Assembly: GCA_965224705.1 (NCBI GenBank)
Contig: OZ245056.1
Location: 384,001-448,000 of the forward strand
DNA length: 64,000 nucleotides
Direction: 5' to 3'
Source of the DNA: Spirochaetaceae bacterium
GTDB lineage: Bacteria > Spirochaetota > Spirochaetia > DSM-2461
Positions 58,114 to 64,000 of the stretch are shown in pieces. The position numbers were made by a program, and so were the translations under genes. Position 1 is the stretch's first letter. Every line of letters starts with the position of its first letter. A model generated the notes under the pieces. The model saw only the letters and a program-made list of their open reading frames with translations. It was not told the DNA's origin and ran no database searches.

Positions 58114-59247
58114 ATGAACAGTCTACAATCGTTGAAGTTTCAAATCATGAATACAGAAGCATCCATTGCTGCTGAAAAGGAAAAAGAATGGGCCGTTCTT
58201 ACTCATCTCGGGCAGGCTGTTTATGATTCTGAAGCTCGTAAGACTTTGCCGGAAGAATTGATTTATCCAGTGGACATGGCCGCAGACAAGATTAACACTC
58301 TGGAAGACTCGCTCCGACAACTTCTTGAAACGGAAGAACTCAGTACAACACTTTCTGAAGAAAAACAATCACTGAATGTTGAACTGCGCAATCTTAGAAA
58401 TAAAACTCAAAGCTGTTTGGAGGAATTCGCAAAAAGTGCATGGGAGTATTGGAAAACCGCACAGGAACCAGAGGAATTAGGAGAAGCACTTGAGGAAATC
58501 ATTAAAGCAGATGATCGCATCAAGGCTGTCGATAATGCGGCTTCCCGCAATGCACAGCTCAATGGGAATTGGGGCGGTTCAATACTATCAAGAGGCAGGG
58601 CCCTGTTTTTGTCTGGACGCCGTCGAACAGCTTCAACTGTAATGGAAAGGCTCTGGGGTGTTGTTGGCCGCAGGATTTACGAGAATATAGATGCACAGAT
58701 TTTCAGCAATACCAGCGTGGAAGCATCTGCTGAAGCCCTGAAGGCAATTGAAGTAAGAAAACTGGAAATACAGGACAGTCTTCTTCAACTGGCTGCCAAA
58801 AATGAAGACCGTGAGGCAAAACTTGAAAAACTGCCTGGTAAGGGAAGTCTTCGCAATCGGATCAATATGATTGAGAAGATGCTGAAGGATGACCGGATTT
58901 CATTGGATGAAGCGTTAAACAGTCTGGGAACTGCCTGGCTGGATACCGATGTTGACGATGAATTCATTGAATTGGGCGGGGATCATAAGAAGGACTGGGA
59001 TGAAATCCGTCGTACAATCAAAAATCTTGAAGAAACAAAAAACTCATTGGAAGCTCATTGCAGATATCAGGACGCAGAAGCAGCCTGGAGCAAGCAGGCC
59101 GTGCGTGTTGAAAACTTAGATGCCCGGCTGAAGAAATTGCAGGCACAGCTCAAGACCGCCAGGAAGGATTTATCAGCACTCGATAAAAAAAGAACGAAGC
59201 TCAAAGAATCATTAATACCCCTGCCTGATTCTCAAGAAAACGACTGA
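58114..59247 (+). CDS. Hypothetical coiled-coil protein
   Basis: 377 aa, E/K/L-rich heptad pattern, no TM; ATG directly follows the OmpA TAG. Confidence 0.7.
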   Translation: MNSLQSLKFQIMNTEASIAAEKEKEWAVLTHLGQAVYDSEARKTLPEELIYPVDMAADKINTLEDSLRQLLETEELSTTLSEEKQSLNVELRNLRNKTQSCLEEFAKSAWEYWKTAQEPEELGEALEEIIKADDRIKAVDNAASRNAQLNGNWGGSILSRGRALFLSGRRRTASTVMERLWGVVGRRIYENIDAQIFSNTSVEASAEALKAIEVRKLEIQDSLLQLAAKNEDREAKLEKLPGKGSLRNRINMIEKMLKDDRISLDEALNSLGTAWLDTDVDDEFIELGGDHKKDWDEIRRTIKNLEETKNSLEAHCRYQDAEAAWSKQAVRVENLDARLKKLQAQLKTARKDLSALDKKRTKLKESLIPLPDSQEND

Positions 59248-59275
59248 GGGTATTTCATTAAAAATATGAGAAATC

Positions 59276-61246
59276 ATGCCTAAACTTCCATCTTCGATCG
59301 GAAAATACAAAGTTATAGATCGTCTTGGAAGGGGGGGGATGGGATTGGTCTATAAGGCCCTGCATCCTACCCTTGATACATTCGTTGTACTGAAGAAGCT
59401 CATGTTGAAAGGAGATAGTGTACATCGTGAACGCTTTCGCCGGGAAGCGGCTCTCATGATGGCACTCCGCCATGAAAATGTGGTTGGCGTATACGATCAT
59501 TTCAAGGCAGGCAGTTCCTGTTTTCTTGCTATGGAGTATGTGGATGGATATTCGCTGGCTGAGTTAATTGCCCGGGAAGGACCCATGCATCCAGATGAAG
59601 CGGCATGGCTCACAGGGAAGGTTGCACTGGCTCTGGAGCATATTCATGAAAATGGGATAATCCACCGTGATCTCAAGCTGTCCAACATTCTCCTCGCACA
59701 GGATGGTTCGGTGAAGCTTGGAGATTTCGGGATTGCATTTTCCCCCGGCGGCAGTGATGTTCTTACGGACGAGGGGACAGCCCTTGGCACCCCCTCATTT
59801 ATGGCCCCCGAACAATTGGTGGATGCCCGTCAGGCCGATGAACGCTCGGACATCTGGTCTCTGGGTGTGTGTTTCTTTGAATTGTTAACATCCCTGAAAT
59901 TCGTTACCGGCCCGACACCTGCAGCCATTAGAGCACTCCTCCCAACAGCTGTGAAGAGTTACAGGAAGAAACTCCCTCACACTCTGTCCCATCAACACCG
60001 CAGATTTTTAAAAAAATGCCTTCAAATTCGCCCGACATCCCGTATGTCCGGGGGAAATGCCGCTGTCAAAGCATTGGATGCAAACCGAAATCAGGAAATG
60101 CCGATTCAGTTGAAATTACGGCTGGACAGATTGTCTGGATCAGAGGATGTACTCCGGTCACATCCGTCGGAGCCTCCGGCCGCCCATGGAAAGACAGGAA
60201 CTCGCAAGCCGTTGCGCCTTGACTCCCTTTTCTCCCGTATCATCCGGAAGCCGGAACAAGGTCAGATTGAAGAACGAAGGACTGCTAGAGATATGAACGG
60301 GAAACTTCGCCGACCAAAATTCTTTTCCTTTGCTGTGATTGCTATTCCAGTTTTATTCATTCTTACAGTTCTACTTGTTCCGGGGCTCTGGGATGAAGTA
60401 ATGAGATCCAATCGCTATGGACGCCTGCAGCTTTCCCTGGATTTTCCAGACCAGGCACCCTCTCATTGGATTAGTTCTGTAAAAGTAAGGATATACACCA
60501 TGGATGGGGATACCCTGACTGAAATTGCTACCCCCATACTCAGATTGAACCGGGACAACACCCGTATGAGAAGCCGCCCAATTTCCCTTCAATCCGGCCC
60601 GTATCGGCTGAGCTGGAGTCTTGGCGATCGTATAGTCTGGAAGTCATTCAACCTGAGTTCCATAAGGGAGAATCGTGCTCAGGGGAACCATCCATTCATG
60701 ATAGAAGAAACCCTTGGCGAACCTCCAGTGTTTCCGCTGAACCTTGAAGTAACGGCCAGGAATGCTCTCACGGAAGAAGAGGTACCGGTTCAGGCAGCAT
60801 GGGAACGCCTGGATGAATCTACCGGAGAATTTGAATCGGGCGGAATTTACGAGTTGACCTTTCAATCTGATGGATTCATCCAGGAAACTTTTACAATTGC
60901 CACCAGTCCATGGCGGCGGGAAGTCAGCATCCATGCCGCACTCTGGCCGAATCCGGGATATATCCGGCTTTATAATTCCAGCTCTCGAAGAATTCTACCC
61001 CGATTAGACGGGAAACGTTCCTATCTCAATCTGGCCGAAAGTCCACGTCTCAGTCATTTACAGTTTCTATCTCCGGGAGAGAACGTTTTATACACCCTCT
61101 TACCCGGCGAATACACAATAACACCGGGTCCGGGTAAAAAGGGTCAGCAGCAGTTTACACTGGATTCTGGCGAACAACTCGATCTCATCATTGAAATGGG
61201 CAGTGACAGAAATACCTCCATCCGCATCAGACAGGAAAGCCAGTAG
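59276..61246 (+). CDS. Hanks-type Ser/Thr kinase with a TM segment and an extracytoplasmic domain
   Basis: LGRGGMGLVY, VVLKKL, HRDLKLSN, DFG, GTPSFMAPE, DIWSLG; TM FAVIAIPVLFILTVLLV. Confidence 0.92.
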   Translation: MPKLPSSIGKYKVIDRLGRGGMGLVYKALHPTLDTFVVLKKLMLKGDSVHRERFRREAALMMALRHENVVGVYDHFKAGSSCFLAMEYVDGYSLAELIAREGPMHPDEAAWLTGKVALALEHIHENGIIHRDLKLSNILLAQDGSVKLGDFGIAFSPGGSDVLTDEGTALGTPSFMAPEQLVDARQADERSDIWSLGVCFFELLTSLKFVTGPTPAAIRALLPTAVKSYRKKLPHTLSHQHRRFLKKCLQIRPTSRMSGGNAAVKALDANRNQEMPIQLKLRLDRLSGSEDVLRSHPSEPPAAHGKTGTRKPLRLDSLFSRIIRKPEQGQIEERRTARDMNGKLRRPKFFSFAVIAIPVLFILTVLLVPGLWDEVMRSNRYGRLQLSLDFPDQAPSHWISSVKVRIYTMDGDTLTEIATPILRLNRDNTRMRSRPISLQSGPYRLSWSLGDRIVWKSFNLSSIRENRAQGNHPFMIEETLGEPPVFPLNLEVTARNALTEEEVPVQAAWERLDESTGEFESGGIYELTFQSDGFIQETFTIATSPWRREVSIHAALWPNPGYIRLYNSSSRRILPRLDGKRSYLNLAESPRLSHLQFLSPGENVLYTLLPGEYTITPGPGKKGQQQFTLDSGEQLDLIIEMGSDRNTSIRIRQESQ

Positions 61247-61345
61247 CAGGTTATACGCCCATCCCTCGCTCCAGCCGCAACTGTGTCAGGCGGCATTCTG
61301 TCGACATCGTAATGGTGAAGAAGGACGGAGAGGGAATGTACATTC

Positions 61346-61807
61346 TCAGAAGTCCTCGTTGTTATGGCTGTCGATAATGACAGTAACCGGACCCTCATTG
61401 ACCGTTTCCAGTCTCATTGCCTGCCCGAATTCACCGGTAGGAATATTCCTGCCCAGTTCCCGGGAAAGGGTGCTGACAAAATTTTCATAAAGGGGGATGG
61501 CTTTGTCCGGTAATGCGGCCTGGTGAAAGGAAGGACGGTTCCCTTTCCTGGTACTGGCCAGCAAAGTAAATTGACTGACGACCAGGGCCTCTCCATTGAC
61601 ATCTTCCAGAGAAAGGTTCATCTTTCCTGCCTCATCCTCGAAGATTCGAATTTTCAAGATTTTCCGGGCCAGCCATTGGCTGTCCTGGAGAGTATCATCC
61701 TGATCCACACCAAGCAGAATCATCAAGCCCTTACCGATAGATCTTGTATTATTACTCCCCTTGATAACAACTGAGGCCTGACTCACCCGCTGAATAATGG
61801 CTTTCAT
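61346..61807 (-). CDS. dtd: D-aminoacyl-tRNA deacylase
   Basis: MKAIIQRV, RIFEDEAGKMN, VSQFTL, KGNRPSF, NEGPVT. Confidence 0.96.
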   Translation of the reverse strand: MKAIIQRVSQASVVIKGSNNTRSIGKGLMILLGVDQDDTLQDSQWLARKILKIRIFEDEAGKMNLSLEDVNGEALVVSQFTLLASTRKGNRPSFHQAALPDKAIPLYENFVSTLSRELGRNIPTGEFGQAMRLETVNEGPVTVIIDSHNNEDF

Positions 61808-61885
61808 AAACCCTCCGTTCACAGTATATTTCCTTCGGTCTTAAGAGTATGTACGGTTATCACCTGTTATACTATTATTTCCGAC

Positions 61886-62617
61886 ATGAAAAACTACCTG
61901 ACAGGAGTTCATGGAATAGCTGAAGCCATGAAGAAGCGAACGTGCATCTTCTACTATTCAAAGAAGAGTAAACGCATTTCTGAACTGACAGGCCTTGCAC
62001 GGCAGTGTGGTGTTCCCAGTTATAATGTTGCCGATAAGGAGATTACCCGCATGGTTTCATCGGGAAGCCATCGAGGCTATGTTCTTGAAATTGATGTCCA
62101 TGAGAATAAGATTAATAGTCTGGATGATCTATGGGCAGAGGCAGGAGATTCAAGCCTTGTAATCGTTCTTGATTGTATAACTGATCCGGGAAACCTTGGA
62201 GCAGTCATAAGAGGAGCCGAGCAGTTTTCTGCTGATGCCGTCATCATTCCCAGACGTCGATCTGCCAACCAGTATGCCGATTCTCTGAGCCGGGCTTCAG
62301 CAGGAGCAATTGAATGGGTTCCTCTGATTGAAGTCCAGAACATCAACCATATCCTGAAAGATCTGAAAACAAATAATTATTGGATATGGGGTGCCGTAAC
62401 GGATGGTGAACCCGTCAGCAAAACCAATCTCACAGGACGGACTGTGCTTGTAATGGGACGGGAAGGTGAAGGATTGCATCGTCTGGTTCGGGAAGGTTGT
62501 GATGGACTTGTGAGTATCCCGACATCCGGTAAACTGGATTCCCTCAATGTGGCCACAGCAGCAGGTATTCTTATGTATGAAGTTCGACGTCAGCAAAGTG
62601 CTCAGGATCTTCATTAA
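61886..62617 (+). CDS. rlmB: 23S rRNA 2'-O-methyltransferase (RlmB/TrmH family)
   Basis: LDCITDPGNLGAVIR, ASAGA, MGREGEG, SLNVATA. Confidence 0.9.
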   Translation: MKNYLTGVHGIAEAMKKRTCIFYYSKKSKRISELTGLARQCGVPSYNVADKEITRMVSSGSHRGYVLEIDVHENKINSLDDLWAEAGDSSLVIVLDCITDPGNLGAVIRGAEQFSADAVIIPRRRSANQYADSLSRASAGAIEWVPLIEVQNINHILKDLKTNNYWIWGAVTDGEPVSKTNLTGRTVLVMGREGEGLHRLVREGCDGLVSIPTSGKLDSLNVATAAGILMYEVRRQQSAQDLH

Positions 62618-62713
62618 AAAACAAAAATTCATGAAGTACTTCCCATCAATGCTTGCATGTATCATGTCAATATGTTAAATCCCTACGATTGATAGATCAA
62701 AGGAGAAAGAATA

Positions 62714-63886
62714 TTGGCAGAAGAACTCTCTTATGTTTTAACGACTCCCTATACAATTGCAAAATCCCGGACTGGCGGAATCCTCTCAAGACTCTTTTCA
62801 AGGGTAGATCTTGATCTGGTTGCCGCACAGGTTTTTACTCCGGACAGGAAAACCGTTGAAAAATATGCTGCTTCGGTGATAAAGCATTCCAATCCAAACA
62901 AGCCCGGCAGTGCTGAAATCCTCAGCAAATATGTCCTGGACAACATGACTCCCAGTGATGGACGGCCCCACAGGGTGGCACTTTTCCTTTTTCGGGGAGA
63001 GAATGCTGTCAGTCAGCTTATGGATCAGGTTGGTGCCCTCTATCCTGAAAACCGGGGTTTGGAGTCGATTACAGGTGAAACAATCCGGGACACCTATGCT
63101 GACCTGGTTCGAGCCCAGGATGGAAAAATCGTGTATTTTGAACCGGCACTGCTGACACCGCATTCCAAAGAATCAGCAAAGGAAAATCTCCTCCTTTTCA
63201 ATTCATTCATTCGCAATAAGGACAATATCGTCAAGAATCTCATACATGCCCAACCTGAAAGTATTGAACAAACTCTGGTCATTATCAAACCTGATAACTG
63301 GCGTACACGTTCAACACGTCCAGGTTCAATTATTGACATGTTCAGCCGTACGGGTTTGAGGATAGTTGGCATGAAACTGTATCAAATGTCTGCTTCTGAT
63401 GCCCTGGAGTTTTACGGAAGTGTTCAGTCTACGATTGAGGACAGAGTTGCACCAGATGCTGTAGAGCGGGCAATTGCCATATTGGAGGAAGAATTCAATA
63501 TGCAGTTTGAAACAGAATCCAGAAATGAATTCTCAGGATTCTTCAGCAAGGTGTTTTCCAAATATGAATTTGGCAGAATTGTTGAATTCATGTCAGGATG
63601 GCGGCCTGAGTTAGTTCCCATGGATGAAATGAACAGTCCAGGAACTGTCAAATCAATGGTTCTTGTCTATGAAGGAAGGAATGCTGTTCGGGAGATCCGG
63701 CAGGTTTTAGGGCCGACTGATCCGCACAATGCTCCAGGTGGTACGATTCGACGTGACTTTGGCAGTAACATCATGGTCAATGCAGTTCATGCTTCTGATT
63801 CACTTGAAAGTGCAGCACGTGAGTTTGATATAGTTAAAATCCATGAAAACAATCTTTCAGAACTGATTGAAGAGTTCTACAGATAG
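62714..63886 (+). CDS. ndk: Nucleoside diphosphate kinase, two-domain form
   Basis: C-terminal TLVIIKPD, GPTDP..APGGTIRRDFG, NAVHASDS; degenerate N-terminal NDK-like domain. Confidence 0.88.
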   Translation: MAEELSYVLTTPYTIAKSRTGGILSRLFSRVDLDLVAAQVFTPDRKTVEKYAASVIKHSNPNKPGSAEILSKYVLDNMTPSDGRPHRVALFLFRGENAVSQLMDQVGALYPENRGLESITGETIRDTYADLVRAQDGKIVYFEPALLTPHSKESAKENLLLFNSFIRNKDNIVKNLIHAQPESIEQTLVIIKPDNWRTRSTRPGSIIDMFSRTGLRIVGMKLYQMSASDALEFYGSVQSTIEDRVAPDAVERAIAILEEEFNMQFETESRNEFSGFFSKVFSKYEFGRIVEFMSGWRPELVPMDEMNSPGTVKSMVLVYEGRNAVREIRQVLGPTDPHNAPGGTIRRDFGSNIMVNAVHASDSLESAAREFDIVKIHENNLSELIEEFYR

Positions 63887-64000
63887 AATGATGCCTGCAG
63901 CAGCCTCCCATTCTGCTCCAGGCAGTGAAATTATTAATTAATTAAAAAAAACACACATTCCTGATTAATCAAGCACTTGCAAGCTCGTCATAGGAGTTGA

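Noticed and set aside
58111..58116. Programmed TAG readthrough fusing OmpA to the coiled-coil protein
   Set aside because: OmpA ends at its normal C-terminus (RRVEIIILEN); translational coupling is the simpler reading.

Overview
Bacterial chromosomal window, most consistent with a free-living spirochaete (Spirochaetia; inferred from protein content, not verified by search). It is mostly core genes: topA (partial), murE, lplA, serS, arcC-ade, prs, asnS, folB/folM-like, rpoZ-miaA, an unannotated 29-aa bS22-like ORF, hpt, an Rrf2-sufTCBD-Rieske-sufSU operon, a MoxR-DUF58-transglutaminase-TPR operon, tig-clpP-clpX-lon with tRNA-Leu and tRNA-Lys, AKR, a multi-TM LuxR regulator, a GH1 glucosidase, era, a second clpP followed by a MoxR/Bat operon and Smr, infA, OmpA, a Ser/Thr kinase, dtd, rlmB and a two-domain ndk. 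The most unusual signal is non-coding. A 1,258-bp IS (5387-6644) encodes a Zn-ribbon/HTH transposase with an apparent D-D-N triad. Its terminal repeat (AGTGTCAGNAAGCYTGT) also bounds five non-autonomous elements in two size classes (~220 and 113 bp) and one deletion remnant. A second, unrelated repeat family (ends GGAGTCTGTCGGACTT) folds into a long nested hairpin; one copy sits in the probable 5' UTR of ade-arcC. Several genes look leaderless, and a candidate sigma28 promoter precedes an uncharacterised hypothetical-OmpA-coiled-coil-kinase run. No CRISPR array, rRNA or prophage was seen.
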